This document shows, piece by piece, positions 47,049 through 59,872 of a DNA stretch of 64,000 bases. Within the stretch, counting starts at the first letter, position 1. Each line of letters opens with the position of its first letter. Made by a program: the position numbers and the translations under genes. Source of the DNA: an uncultured Planctomycetaceae bacterium (GTDB lineage: Bacteria > Planctomycetota > Planctomycetia > Pirellulales > PALSA-1355); contig CAWAUV010000009.1 of assembly GCA_963785305.1 (NCBI GenBank), positions 384,001-448,000 on the forward strand. The letters are read 5' to 3'. The notes under the pieces were generated by a model that worked only from the letters and a program-made list of their open reading frames with translations, did not search any database and had not been told where the DNA came from.

Positions 47049-48808
47049 GTGCGCTGGAGCCAATCGCTGATTCCCACCATGAAAGAAACTCCCGAGGGCG
47101 CCGAGATTCCCAGCCATGTGCTGATGCTTCGCGCGGGACTCGTCGGCCAGCTCATGGCCGGCGCTTACACCTATCTGCCGCTCGGTCTCCGCTCGCTGCG
47201 CAAGGCCGAGGCGATTGTGCGCGATGAAATGGATCGCGCCGGCGCTGTCGAGCTCTTGATGCCGGCCCTCACTCCGCTGAGTCTTTGGGAACGCTCGGGC
47301 CGGTTGGCCGCGTTTGGCAATGTGCTCATGCAGTTCAACGTTCGCCGGCAAAATAAGCAGGTGCCGCTCGCCCTCGGACCGACGCACGAGGAGGTCGTCA
47401 CCGAACTCGTGGCCCGCCACATATCGAGCTATCGCCAACTGCCGATCACGCTCTATCAGATTCAGACCAAGTTTCGCAATGAGGAGCGCGCCGCGATTCG
47501 GAATGCTTGCGCACCAGCGAGTTCCTGATGAAAGACGCCTACAGCTTCGACACCTCGGTCGAGGGCCTCAACAAAAGCTATGACGCGATGTACGCCGCTT
47601 ATTGCCGCATTTTCTCCCGCTGCGGGCTCGATTATCTGGCGGTCGAAGCCGAAAGCGGGCCAATCGGCGGAGACGCGAGCCATGAGTTCATGGTGCTCGC
47701 CGATAACGGCGAGGACTCGGTCGTGCATTGCAAGGCTTGCGGCTATGCCGCCAATCTCGAGCGCGCCGAAACCGGCGCCCGCTCGGCCACCGCGCCCGCC
47801 GGCGCCACCCAAAAGCCGCTCACCAAGCTCGACACGCCCATGGTCGGCAGCATCGAGCAAGTGAGCAAGTTGCTCAAATGCAAACCGCACGCAATGATCA
47901 AGACGCTCATCTATCTGGCCGACGACCAGCCCATTGCGGTGCTGGTGCGCGGTGACCATGAGGCCAACGAAGGCAAGATTCGCCGGGCCCTGGGCGCCGC
48001 TCGACTCGAGCTCGCCCCGCCCGAGCGGATCGAGGCCGTGACCAAAGCGCCCGTCGGATTCGCCGGCCCGATCGGGCTCGAAATCCCGGTTTGGGCCGAC
48101 CACGATATTCGCGGCATGGTCAACGCCGTGACCGGGGCCAACGAAGCCGACAAACATTTCGTGGGCGTGAATTTGGATCGCGATTTTAGCATTGCCGCCG
48201 AGCGCTTCGCCGACCTGCGCAACGCCGCCGCCGCCGACCCGTGTCCGCGCTGCGATGGCGCGCTCGAACTTCGCCACGCGATCGAAATCGGTCACGTGTT
48301 CAAGCTCGGCACGAAATACTCGACCGCGCTCGAAGCCCGCTTTGCCGACGCCAATGAGCAACTGCATCCCGCGATCATGGGTTGCTACGGAATCGGCGTG
48401 AACCGAATTTTGGCGTCGCTCATTGAAACCAGCCACGACGAAAACGGCATCTTGTGGCCGATGGCGATCGCGCCCTTCGAGGTGGTGCTCACTCCGCTCA
48501 ATGTGCGCGAAACCGAGGTCAGCGAGACCGCCGAACTGCTTTACAAGGAGCTCGGCTCGCTCGGAGTCGATACCTTGCTCGACGACCGCGACCAGCGTCC
48601 GGGCGTGAAATTCAAGGACGCCGACCTGATCGGCATCCCGCTGCGCGTGGTCGTCGGCGGCCGAAGCCTCAAGGACGGCCAGCTAGAAGTCAAATGGCGC
48701 TGGGAAGCGGAAGCCCGCACAATCCCCATCGCCGGCGCCGCGGCGGCGATCGCCGGTCTCGTGTCCGCCCAGCGCAAGCACAACCGCCCGACAACGCCGA
48801 AGCCGTGA
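47049..48808 (+). CDS. proS: Proline--tRNA ligase (frameshift ~47495)
   Basis: [65 protein letters not shown] editing domain present. Confidence 0.97.
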
Positions 48809-48996
48809 GCGAGACCGGTGATGATTGCAGACCTTTCCGAGGCGTTATGTTATGTTGAAGCACGGACTAGAACGTTTCTTAAAACCATGAACCGATGGTT
48901 GGGTTTTAACGGTCGAGAATGAACTCGAAACAAGAGTTGATTCCCGAAAAATGCAACGATGATACTTCCGAGGGGAGTCACAGGATTCTTCGCGAG

Positions 48997-50103
48997 GTAA
49001 CTGTTAAGCATTTCCTCTTTCCCGAAATTGGGTTTTCGGTCACATTGACTGGATCATGGATGATCGAGATCGACGGATCGCCGAGTTGGAAGCGGAAATC
49101 GCCCGGTTGCAGGCGGAGAACGGAACGCTGCGCAAGCGCGTCGAGCAACTCGAACAGCAAGTCCAAAAGTTTTTGCAGCGGCGCAAGAAAACTGCTCGGC
49201 CATTTGCGTTGGGGCGGCGCTTTGTTCGAGCCGGTGGTCGACAAACTCTGGGAACTCTTGCGCAATTCGCCGGTCGTGCAAGGCGACGAAACCGGTTGGC
49301 GGATCGACGGACTGCCCGCGTGGGCCTGGTGTTTTCGAGACACGCGCTTGGCATTGTTCCTGATCGATCGTCATCGCAATCGGGCCGTCCTCGAGCGAGC
49401 GTTGGGCACATCGTTCGCGGGCACGCTGGTCAGCGATTTTTATGCGGTCTACAACGGACTCGACTGCCGCAAACAGCGCTGCTTGGTCCATTTGCTTCGC
49501 GAGTTGCACAAGCTGCGCGAGACGTTGCCGGCGGCGAGCGTGCGGGCCTTCATCCAGCCGTTGATCACGCTGTTTCAAGACGCGATCCGGTTGGGCCACG
49601 AGCGCAAGTCGCTCGGCAAAAAAGCTTTCAACGCGGCCCGACACGAGATTCAAAACCGTTTCGACACGTTGATGCTCGAGACGCGCGTGCGGCATCGCGA
49701 ATGTTTGCGAATCTGGCGGCGGCTGTTCAAGCACTCGGACGAATTGTTCACCTTCCTCGACGATGCGAATGTTCCGGCCGACAACAACGGAACCGAACGC
49801 GACATCCGAAGCCTGGCGGCGGCGAGGAATGATGGCGGCACGCATCGGACCGAATGGAGCGCGGCGGCGTTCGCCCGAATCAAGAGCGTGATCGCGACCG
49901 GCGCGAAAAACGGTTTGAGCTTCGCAAGGTATGGAATCGAAGTCGTGCGCACTAAATTGCAAGGCAAGACCCTGCCGCTGCCGATCACCAATAGCAGTTA
50001 AAACATCCGCCACGCGACCCATCCCCGGAAATTCCTCGCCCGCGATCCCCGCCAATATCGCCACCGCCCCCCCGCCCAGGCCACGCCACGGCTTAACAGT
50101 TAC
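48997..50103 (+). mobile_element. Internally deleted IS66-family element, copy 1 (1,107 bp)
   Basis: Perfect terminal IR GTAACTGTTAAGC. A coiled-coil N-terminus (ATG 49056) is out of frame with the DDE core (VQGDETGW, LVSDFYAVY, QRCLVHLLR, DNNGTERDIR), which ends at 50001. Confidence 0.9.
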
Positions 50104-50630
50104 TTCAATTCGCCTCGGGGCTCATTGCCCCTGTCTGGTTGACAGTCAGCACTATTTGGAAACGCCCCTATCCGGGGGCATTACCTATGGTGCGATATGT
50201 TGACCCTCTATTACGCAGCACAGTACATCGGCCGATCCTCCTCGGGGCTTCGTAGGCTGATCCAGTGCTCCCGATCCCAGTTAGCCGCTGGGCAGCCGCT
50301 CGTGAATAAGTTTCACGCCGTTGGCCTGCCGCACGCCCTCTTGGAATCTGAACGGCTGGACCCGCTCCAAGCCATTTCGGTCATCCCCTCTCAGGGCGAC
50401 TCGTGCTGCCCATCTGCGAAACCCCAACGTCCTGGGGCGTCCCCAGGAGCCAGCGAATTTGATTCGTGTTGGGATTTGATGGGCAAGAAGAAGGGACACA
50501 ACTGACATGTATGCTTGGTGGCCGAAACAAGTTCCGACAGATTTAATCCCCGCCATCCGTAGTTTGGGAAAAAGGAAGCACTTCGCTGGGATGCCCCAGT
50601 CCAAATCAGGGGAGTTTATTCAATTTGAAT

Positions 50631-52287
50631 GGGTGTAATCACGCTGGTAGCGGGTTTTTTCGGGGTTTTGGGGGTGTTTTCGTCGGTTGGGGCTCGCCCG
50701 TTGCCGTTTTCGCGGGCTGCCATCGCTGGAGCCAAGCGTTGCGGACGGCTTCCCAGATGTGGCTTTTGAGGATCACGCGCAAGTCGAGCACGTGTTGCGA
50801 GTGGCCCTGTTTCCAGCGCATGCCGGACTGCTTGAAGCGATGGCCGAAGATCATTTTGCAGGCCGCTTCGGTGACGCCGCTGCCGATCGGCAGCTTGAGC
50901 TGTCGGCATTTCCAGTAGTTCATGTGATCGCGATATTCTGCGCAGGTAGTTGATCGCTCGCTGGAAATCCTTGCGACGCCCCTTCAAGCCACGTTTCGCG
51001 CGCAGCGCTCGCGCGCTATGCAGCGCCTGCTTGACGCCGCCGCGGTCCTCCTTGAGCGCGCGTCGCATGCGTGCCGCCCAAGCCGCGGCTTCGGCGCCGG
51101 CGCCGAACAACGCCTCCGCGAGCTTGCCCACATATTCGCATGCGTGGAAGTAGTCGACCACCCATTGCCAAGCCAGCCGCCGGCCCGTGCGTGGATGCTT
51201 CATCCAACGCAACACGTGCCGAAAGTAGTTTTGCGGATGCGAGCCGGCGTCGGTGATGTAGATCAGTCGCGGCATCGCTCCCCGCCAGATGGCCAACACG
51301 GCTTGCAAGAGTTGCGTCAATTGAGCGCCCAGCGCGGCTTGTCCCGGCTCGGGCATGCGGCCCAGGTAGACCGTGCCCAAGCGTTTGCCGCGGCGATCGT
51401 GTACGCTGACCGTGGCCGTGCTCGCCTCTTCCCAGCACGGCCGCATGGGAACCATCACGCCATCGCGGCCCACGGCCAACGTGGGTCGGAATTTACCGCG
51501 GGATTGCTCGGCTTTTTTCAGCCATGCCACCAACTGCGCGACTTGCGCGGCATGACGCAGCGGGGCCATTGCCTCGGCCAGCGTGGCCGTCACCTTGCGC
51601 AGCAGGCCCACCGACCAGCGCACGTGATGCCGCTCGGCGATCGCGTCGAGCGTTTGCTGCTGGGTCAGTTCCGCGGCCAATCGTCCCACGGCGTCGGCCA
51701 GCGCCGGCGTGGCCGCATGGGCCACAATGCCCAAGGCGTGCTCCAGCGGAAAGAAGCCCCGCGCGCCCGCCTCCACGGCTTGATACACGCAGCGCCAGAG
51801 CTTGATCGATCCGAACAACGTGGCCACCTGCCGCGGCGTCTTGCGGTTGCGGCGATACTCCTCGCCGTCGAGTCGCAGCCGAGTCGGCAAGCCGCTCGCG
51901 TCGGCCGGTTCGCTGGCATTGTAAGTCCACTCGACGATCTCGCGGCCCACCGCGTCGAGCAACCGACGCAAGCGGATTTCGAACTCGAGCGTCCGCCGGG
52001 GCGAGGCGGGCTCGCTCAAAAAATCGTCTTGCCAGTCGGGTAGCGCGGAACACCAAGATCGCCAGACGCATGAGCAGGGCGATCGGCAGCGAATCAATCA
52101 CTCTTGTCAAATGCCGCGAACGGCGATTACCTTGACGCATGGGACGGCCTCCTTTCGGGCTGGGTGTTGTTCGCACAACAAAAAGTCACCCAGTTTGGTC
52201 GCGAGGCCGCCCTTTCTCCAAGACCAATCGCACTCGCCGCCAACCCGCCCACGGCGGACAAAACCTGCTACGGGCGCGATTGCACCC
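50631..52287 (-). mobile_element. ISKra4/ISLre2-like insertion sequence (transposase with frameshifts ~52040, ~50930)
   Basis: IRs GGGTGTAATCACGC / GGGTGCAATCGCGC; motifs GRDGVMV, YITDAG, VDYFHA, PIGSGVTEAACK..RFKQSGMRW. Confidence 0.8.
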
Positions 52288-53239
52288 TCTGGAGGTTAGT
52301 GCCTTCTCCACGGATTCCGGGCTAGCATCAAAAGTCCGTATTATCTCGCTATCATTTGCGATAGTAGCCGACATGTAGATGCGACGCGGCGCCTCCGCAA
52401 ACGTCGGGAATGCGTTGACCAGTGGTAAAATACTGGTAATGGTGAAAGCGTCGCGACTAATAAGCGCATGACACAAATGCAATTGATCGCGCAGAAGCGG
52501 CCACACTAACGCGTATTCCTCGGCATTCTGATTTGAGTTGCTCTCGCACAGCGTCTAGTTGTTCATGCCATGCCCAGTATGGCACTTCCAGCACGCCGAA
52601 TTCCGACCCCGATACGGTATCGTCGAACGTACCGAGCCTATCGGTATCCTTAAATGCCTTTCGGAACAACCCGACCAGACTTTCGTACCGCGCGCGATCT
52701 TTACTCGACGCTACCTCAAGTGTAAATGACTCCCGAACAACAGCGAATGCAACATGGGCGTCATCAAGAATCAGCGCTGAAACCTTTTGCGGATGGCCCG
52801 CGCCGCGCAGACCGAATTTACTGCGACCGTTAAATAGGGCCTTATAGGTGGCGACCATAATTGCGTTGCCGTTTACAAAATCGTCGTTCAGCGGTTGGCC
52901 GCGCTCGTACGGGACCGCAGGTATTCCGTGTGCCTTCGCTTTCTCAAGTGTCTGGTTGACCAACTGAACTGTGGGGGTCAGGTACACGACTGGCTCAGCG
53001 GTTTCATTTAGTGTTGACTGAGCCATTAGAAGACCAACGAGCGTCTTCCCTCCACCGGTATGAAGCTTTAGGACTACGTCACGATCAGTTCGTCGTGAAA
53101 ACCATGTCTGGAGCACCTCAGCCTGACTTGTATAGAGGTCGTTAAAGCCTGGTGGCTTCGGCAATCGACGAAAGATCTCTAATGGATCAATTTCTTTAGG
53201 CTTTTTCTTCGTTGTTCGCAGTTTGTCGAAGTCGACCAT
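52288..53239 (-). pseudogene. SF2 (DEAD/DEAH-like) helicase, 3'-truncated by the IS
   Basis: Walker A LHTGGGKT, LDDAH and YMSAT (after a frameshift ~52520). The reading frame ends at the IS and does not resume beyond it. Confidence 0.85.
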
Positions 53240-53353
53240 GAACTCTCCCTTGATCGCCAGTCATGATGCGTACCGGCAATACGTGCCTACGGCATTGAAT
53301 GAACAAGCGGCACGCGTCATGTCGCGGCGGCTGGCTCAAAGAATAGAGCGTAT

Positions 53354-55883
53354 TTAATACGGTCCCAAAAATCGCTCGCCATTAAAATGAATCATGTGTG
53401 ATGGGGCGTCTGCGACCCAAACTTCGGTTTCCCACGAAATATCGCCGAGAAAGCGGACCATTGCGCTGCGATCCATGAACGCCGTTACATAAACGAGAGG
53501 AGCCGATGACTTGGTGAATAGCCGCTTCAGCTCGTCACGGCGCTTTCCGTCGACGGGGCCGTGGCTGGTCACCGCCTCGACGAGAACAAGCCAGTTCTTT
53601 TCGATGTGATGGATCACAACGTCCGGCATTTTGCCGTGGGAGTCGACCGTTACCCCAAGTGCATCGAGTGCTGGCTTGTTGAAATACGCGTACTTCTCCT
53701 CCGTGTCGCCGATATAGATCGGTGCTCCGCCCGGGGTAAAGCGTGGGCAGAACTCATGGATGATTTGTTCGACAAGGACATTCTGGCCGCCAGGGGAAAG
53801 TTCGATCTGCTCTCCGGTCGGAAGCTTGAGCGGTATTTTCGACATTTGGCGTTCGCGGGCGTATCGGACCTTCAGGGTCTCGACCGTGGAGAGCCAGTCT
53901 TGCAAAAACTTGTCCCACTTCCTCGTCCCATAGGCTCGCAACGCATCGAGCAATAGTGGAGCTATCTGATATACGGCTTTGGGTGAATTCACCGGGCGGT
54001 CAGGCTTGTCAGGGTTGTAAAGCGATATCGCGGCCTCGACGAACTGATGCATTGTCTGGCGTCGAAACGTTTCGCGAGAGTTCGGCGCGTAGGTCGTTCC
54101 GTAGTGCTCCTTCGCGAAGTCCATGATGGGCGTAATGCCCATAAGGGGCGAGGATGCATCCGGCCAAGCGGTATCCGGCTTAATCTCAGCAAGGGCAAGA
54201 AGCGTTAACGCTGAGCGGTCATTCTGCTGGGCACGTGGTAGTCCCAGCAGCTTGAGTATTGCAAGAGCTTCGTCGATTCGCTTTCGTGCGTTCAAGGGGT
54301 CCGCGGTGTCTTTGGCCACGTCGGTAAGTTCCTTTGCAATGAGTTGGTCAATGTTCTCCTGCGGCGACAACGAACCTTTAGCAGAGCGGCCGATCCGTTC
54401 AAGCGTTTCTCGATTGGGGTAAGGCAAATTGCGAAGGTCAGAAGCGTTGACTTGCGTGTGGCCACTGAATTGTCGGAAGTAAGAATCGACCAAACTGGAG
54501 TTCAGGTATGCCGTAAGGCCCTTAGCCAGTGCGAGCGTAAGGCCCTTGCCGCTGTCGTGGAAATAATTTAGGTGGTTCTCGAAGGCAAAGCTGACGTTCG
54601 GCAATTTCTCCGGCCGACAGAGTGCGGCCGATACCCGACGTTTTTCCTCTTTCGCAGAGAACCGTTTGACCAGCACGTAAACGCCAGACGGGACTAGAAG
54701 CGAGTTGGTTTCCTCGGCGATTCGCAGGTAATTGGGCTTTTTCCCTTCCTTCGGCCAAGTAATTTCTCCATCATCGAAGTGTGTTGGGTAAATGAGCGGC
54801 GCGGCATTGCCATTCGATTCGCCGGTTGCTTGGTCATGGATAAGGAATTCCTTGGCACGGAAGTCCACCACCCTTCCCGTTGATACTTGGATGCCAAGGT
54901 CTGGCAGCCCGGCTGTGAAGCTTCGGATGCGCCGGGCAACTTGCCCTTGTAACTCGTCGGGGGCGAGATGGATCACACGCCCTGGGTCATTGTCGGGCAC
55001 GAATTCCTGATAACTCACGTCGCGAGACGAGATGTCCGGGTCGTCAGGACCGTGGGATGTCGAAATAGTCGTGGTTTCATCGGCCGCCGTCGCTTTTACT
55101 GCCCTGAATATGATGTTTTCCTGGAGCACTTCATCTTCGCGGAACGCCGACTTGCGAGACTCGAAGACATGCACACGGGAAATATGAGCCTCTGACAAAA
55201 GCGCTTCGCGGAATGGTCGGAAATATGGTCCGTTGCAAAAACTGCGAGGGGTAATCGCAATTAGTTCACCCCCAGGCCCTAGCAGTTTGAGAACAAGCCA
55301 AAGAAACGCGGTGTAGAGGTTGGTAGTCTCGATTCCCACGTCCCGCAATGCCTGGCGTGCGTCGGAATCGCTGTTTATTTTTCGATATGGCGGATTCAGA
55401 ATCGCGCAATCGAACAACAACGACCGCTTTGCAAATAACGATGGAGGTGCGAGCCAGTCAACGGCTGAAGCGATAAAGTCTTGCTCGATCACCTCGGCAC
55501 TAAATTCCACGCCCTTTTGTCGACATGCGTTGTGGCAAGCTTCGATTGTCTGGCGTAAATACTGCGCGAGTTGGGGATCGATCTCGCATGCGGTCAGGTG
55601 AATTGAGCGGGGTCGTTTCTTGCGGCCAAGTATTTCTTCAATCCATGCGGCACTGAGACTGCCGATGCCGGCACCTGGATCGAGAAGCTTTATATCGGCC
55701 AATGCGGGGCTCGCAAGGCTGGCCATGAACCGGGCAACTGGAGCAGGTGTGAGAAACTGGCCAAGCTCTGCGCTGATCGGCAGCGAGAAATCTTCCAGCA
55801 TCCAGCCGGTAGAATTCTGCCTGATCGACCAGGCCTTGCCAGTTGCTGCCTGGCGAAGCTATTGCCTTTGCCGCCGTTCCCAA
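53354..55883 (-). CDS. Fused N6-adenine methyltransferase + BsuBI/PstI-family restriction endonuclease (N-terminal frameshift ~55770)
   Basis: LGQFLTP, LDPGAGIG, NPPY, SFCNGPYF in the MTase half. YAPNSRETFRRQTMHQF, HGKMPDVV, EAVTSHGP, ISWETEVW, HFNGERFLGPY in the REase half, all in one frame. Confidence 0.9.
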
Positions 55884-56298
55884 AATCCGCCTCCCTGCCG
55901 CCCGCGGTGCATAGCTCGAATGCCGCCACCAGAATGGGAAGGATTCTACGATCTTCGCAACGGGCTAGCAAGCGTAAGCTGTGGTGCAGTAAAAGGTTCT
56001 GGAAATCGGCCTGGGCTGCAGGTCCGGCATTTGAGTAACGAATAGGCCTAAGCCAAGTTTGCCGTCCCCAAAGTGCAGGCGAAAGCATTCCGCTTCTGTA
56101 AACGCCATTTCCGCCCGGTTACGGGCGATGCCACGGTGCGGGGTAACGTGTGAACTTTGAATGCCCCTCTTCTCGTTCTGCTCGATCATGCGATCAATTC
56201 GAGCCGTTCGCCTATGTACGGGCCTGAAATGGCTAGGAAGTCTTGGTGCATGCGTCTGATAGCCCAAACGCACGCTTGGCGCGGTCTTGAAAAATGCC

Positions 56299-57624
56299 TG
56301 AGGTGCTGACGATTTGACGGACAGGCGATTCCCTAAGGCGTCGGTGTTTGGTTGTTCAGTTGTCGCTCGAATTCAAAGGGCGTGCGGTAGCCCAAGGAGG
56401 AGTGGCGGCGTTCGTGGTTGTAGTAGCGCACGAACTCGGCGATCTCGCCCGCGGCGACGCGCTCGTTTTGATATTCGGTCATTTCCAGTTCGGTCTTGAT
56501 GGTTCCGAAGCACGATTCGATGAATGCATTGTCGTAGCAGTTGTCGGCGCGGCTCATGCTCTGGCGGAAGCCGGCGCGGCGGAGGATGTCGCGGTAACGA
56601 TGGCTCGCGTATTGACCTCCACGGTCGGTGTGATGAATCAGGCTCGTCGAAGGCTGGCGACGACGCACGGCTTGCGTGAGCGCGCGAGCGGTCAGCGCGT
56701 CGGTCATCGATGCGTCCAAGTCCCAACCGATGAGCAACCGCGAGTGGCGATCCATCAGCATCGCCAGATAACAGAACGATCGATCGGCGAGCGGAATGTA
56801 CGTGATGTCGCCGACCCAAAGTTGATTGGTCCGCGTGGTCTCGGGCTCCTCCAGCAACAGGTTCGGGCTGTAGCCCAGGCGATGGCGACTGTCGGTGGTG
56901 CGCGGCTTGAACGACTTCGGCTGAATCGCTTTCAGGCCCTGATTTCGCATGATTTCCGCAGCTTTTCGGGGGCTGCACGCGTGGCCCGCCTCGGTCAACT
57001 CCCAGGCGATTCGTCGGGCGCCGTAGCGTCGTCGATGCTTCCAGAAGATTTCTCGCACCCGCGGCGCCAGTTCCGTGTCGCGCTGTTCACGCGTCGATGG
57101 TTCGGCGCCGCGCCAGGCGTAATACGCGCTGCGCGAAACGTCGAGAATATCGCATACCATCGCGGTAGACGTATGGCTTTCCACGACGATCGGTTCGACG
57201 GCGGCGTACATGTCGCTTATCCGTTGCGGCCGAAAATGGCCAACGCTTTTTTTAAGATGTCACGCTCGCGCTCGACGCGCTGCAGCTCCTGTTCGAGCTG
57301 CCGCACGCGCGCCTCGAGCGAACTCGCCGCCGGCCCGGCCTTGTCGAGCTGCTCGCGCTTCCAGCGGTACAACAAGTTCACGCTCGACAGCCCGAGCCGC
57401 TCGGCCACGGACGCCGCCGAATGCCCATCCAGCAGCATTGCTACCGCTTCACTCTTGAACCCCTCGTCGAATGCCCGCCGCGACCGCGGCCCCGCGGCCC
57501 CCGCGGCCCCGGCGGCGACGAAGCAGGCTTGACGGAACGAATTCGCTTCTTGCTCATCCAGGCTCTCCTCTCCTGGACGCCCATTCTAAGTTGTCCGCCT
57601 GTCCGTCAAATCGTCAGCACCTCA
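56299..57624 (-). mobile_element. IS3-family insertion sequence
   Basis: Perfect 29-bp IR TGAGGTGCTGACGATTTGACGGACAGGCG; orfA 57217-57557 (ERDILKKALAIF); orfB 56333-57211 (WVGDITYI, HTDRGGQY, DNAFIES). Confidence 0.95.
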
Positions 57625-57653
57625 GCTATACCAGCAAATGAAAGGGCAAAACG

Positions 57654-58076
57654 ATGAGAACAATCATCATCACCGACAAGCTATCGGACAATGTGGTCTC
57701 TCGGGCATCGGTCGAACGCAGCCAACAAAAATACAAGGAGGGGCTGCGTTCACCGTTCAGGGTTGTACACCAGGGCAAACTGCTCCAAGGATCGTATCTC
57801 CTATCGACCTACATAGGCGGCACGGTAGCCGTTATCACGACTCCACATTGGCTGTGGGCAGGGATGACCGATGAAATGTCGCCTGGAATGCAGCGAATGA
57901 TTCTGAAGAAACACGGCAAAATCGCCAGCCCATTCGCATTCTCCGTGGACAAGAATGGGAACCCGGCATTTATCGACGAACAAATCACGAACGATCAAGC
58001 CGAAGAACAGGCACCTGACGAGCAAAAGCCGTCCATCAGAGATGGGCAGCACAGATTCCGAGGCGGTCTAAACTAG
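57654..58076 (+). CDS. Hypothetical protein
   Basis: 140 aa ORF with protein-like composition; no motif recognised. Confidence 0.5.
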   Translation: MRTIIITDKLSDNVVSRASVERSQQKYKEGLRSPFRVVHQGKLLQGSYLLSTYIGGTVAVITTPHWLWAGMTDEMSPGMQRMILKKHGKIASPFAFSVDKNGNPAFIDEQITNDQAEEQAPDEQKPSIRDGQHRFRGGLN

Positions 58077-58263
58077 GGGACAAAGCGAGGCCATCCTACG
58101 ACACCACGCCCCCAATATCACTCCACCCATACGCCACTTCGATCAACTCCTGCTGGCCGATCTTGATCGGGCCTCGCTCAATTTCTTCCCCTCCCCAAGC
58201 CACATAAGCGGCTCGGCACTCGTTGCCCTCCAAGGCCCAGACGGTCAGGCTCGTGATCGTCCG

Positions 58264-59253
58264 TCACTTGCCCTCGGCACATTGCTTCACAAATCCTTTC
58301 GCCAACTGCACCACCGCAATCTTGTTGTGGTCCCAGGTTTCTGCCGACGACGCTCCGAAATAGAGCCGATCCACGCCGCTCTTTTCGTCCAGGAGCAAAA
58401 ACGGTGTGACGTGCCCGAAGGCATCGAGGTCTTTGCCTGACCTTGGCACGAATACTCCTCGGTCAGTCCAGCCGATTCCATCACGGCTGGTTGCCAGCCG
58501 AGTTCCCTCTCTGGACTCGACCAACATCACCAAAGTCTTGCCGACCCGTTTCACGTCGATACCGCCTGCATCGTGACCGAAAACAGGGTTGCCAGTATGC
58601 CGGTCCCAATGCACACCGTCTTTCGATGTGGCATAGCCGACGTGCCGCTGCGAGTTGTCCGAAAAGGGTACGTTCTTCACAGGGGAATTCGGTGGGAAAT
58701 TCTTCCGGCCATCGAACCACATCTTGAACAAGCCATCTTCATAGATGACTGCCGGTCGTCCGACCGAAAGTGAATCCCAAGCACCAGGTTCCGCCGGGGC
58801 AAGTGCTGTGCCTCGCACGTCCCAATTCAGGCCGTCGTTCGAGGTCGCCACATCAATGCGTTCGATCACATCCGTCTTGGTATGGGTGAAGAACATGAAG
58901 TAGCGGCCATCAACTTTCAGGACGCAAGGATCGTTGACGTGATTAGCCGAGTCGTCCTTCAGCACCACGCTTTTGCGGTCCCAGGTGTGACCGTCCTTTG
59001 ACTCAGCGTAGAAAATCCGATCATGCCCGTCCTTACCTTGGCCTCCGTACCACATCTTGAGCAAGCCACCGTCAGCGAGAACGCATGGGGCGTAAACATT
59101 GCCGCCACCGTGCGGGGCCATATCCAAGACGCCCAAGCCTTCGAGAATGACTTCGGGGGTCAACGACGAATCGTCGGCGAACGACGGCCCAGTGATCGAC
59201 ACGATGAGGGTTAGCACCAGCCCAATCAGATTTATGTTCTTCATGCCGATCAC
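58264..59253 (-). CDS. Secreted five-bladed beta-propeller glycoside hydrolase-like protein (GH32/43/130-like)
   Basis: Signal peptide; repeated P-x-V...KMWY...YAxSxDGxxW blades. Confidence 0.75.
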   Translation of the reverse strand: MIGMKNINLIGLVLTLIVSITGPSFADDSSLTPEVILEGLGVLDMAPHGGGNVYAPCVLADGGLLKMWYGGQGKDGHDRIFYAESKDGHTWDRKSVVLKDDSANHVNDPCVLKVDGRYFMFFTHTKTDVIERIDVATSNDGLNWDVRGTALAPAEPGAWDSLSVGRPAVIYEDGLFKMWFDGRKNFPPNSPVKNVPFSDNSQRHVGYATSKDGVHWDRHTGNPVFGHDAGGIDVKRVGKTLVMLVESREGTRLATSRDGIGWTDRGVFVPRSGKDLDAFGHVTPFLLLDEKSGVDRLYFGASSAETWDHNKIAVVQLAKGFVKQCAEGK

Positions 59254-59281
59254 TTCCCCGCCTAGCCAGCCACGACCTGCA

Positions 59282-59800
59282 TCATTTGAGCCCCAGCTTG
59301 ATAGCGACTTCGGTGACCTTCATTGCCGCCATTATTGGCGACATGCGGCGTGTCTTCCGCAGGAATTGAATTGCCTCGTCCCGTTCGCCGGTTCTGACCA
59401 GCCCGTACAATTGCATTTCCCACCGGGAGTCCACTCCAGGTGCGACCGGATGGAGCCACTCGACCCGAATCTTTCCGTCAGGAATGCCGCACGTCAGAAT
59501 TCGCCGCATGTCCTTGGGATATTTTCGTTTCTTGAACTTCACAAGCTCGTCGAGCATGACTTCGATGTCGTTTGACTTGAACTCGTCCCACATCTTTGGA
59601 TTGTCGTCCTCAAATTGCCTCCAGACGGTGCCGTAGCCGTCTCTGCCGTGGTTTAGTCCGAGGCATTCATTCCACGCCACGTTGGCGAAAAACAAGGCGG
59701 CGTGCATCGCCTCCGAAGAATGATCCTCTTCGGGGTTCTTGAGCAGGCTTTCCGCCATCTCCTTCATGATCTCGGACATTTTGCGAGGCTGTCGGGGCAT
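59282..59800 (-). CDS. Hypothetical protein
   Basis: 172 aa ORF, AGGTG RBS, co-oriented with neighbours. Confidence 0.7.
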   Translation of the reverse strand: MPRQPRKMSEIMKEMAESLLKNPEEDHSSEAMHAALFFANVAWNECLGLNHGRDGYGTVWRQFEDDNPKMWDEFKSNDIEVMLDELVKFKKRKYPKDMRRILTCGIPDGKIRVEWLHPVAPGVDSRWEMQLYGLVRTGERDEAIQFLRKTRRMSPIMAAMKVTEVAIKLGLK

Positions 59801-59872
59801 CGCTTCACCTTGCTAAAGCAGTCGTTTTTGGGGCCATTGGTCTCACATCACTGTCTGCTTTGTCGCCATCGC

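Noticed and set aside
48808..48996. tRNA or att site at the island boundary
   Set aside because: No cloverleaf or T-loop motif and no duplicated proS 3' end found by eye within the window.
48919..50001. 360-aa (and 350-aa at 62764-63816) full-length transposase ORFs in the track
   Set aside because: Their N-termini start outside the IS and read through the terminal IR, so they are chance in-frame fusions with flanking DNA.
1373..55883. Widespread frameshifts as real pseudogenisation or programmed recoding
   Set aside because: They also hit essential or core genes (proS, rnr) and mostly lack slippery motifs, which fits uncorrected long-read indels. Only the IS3 A7G site and the IS66 junction present in both copies are treated as real.
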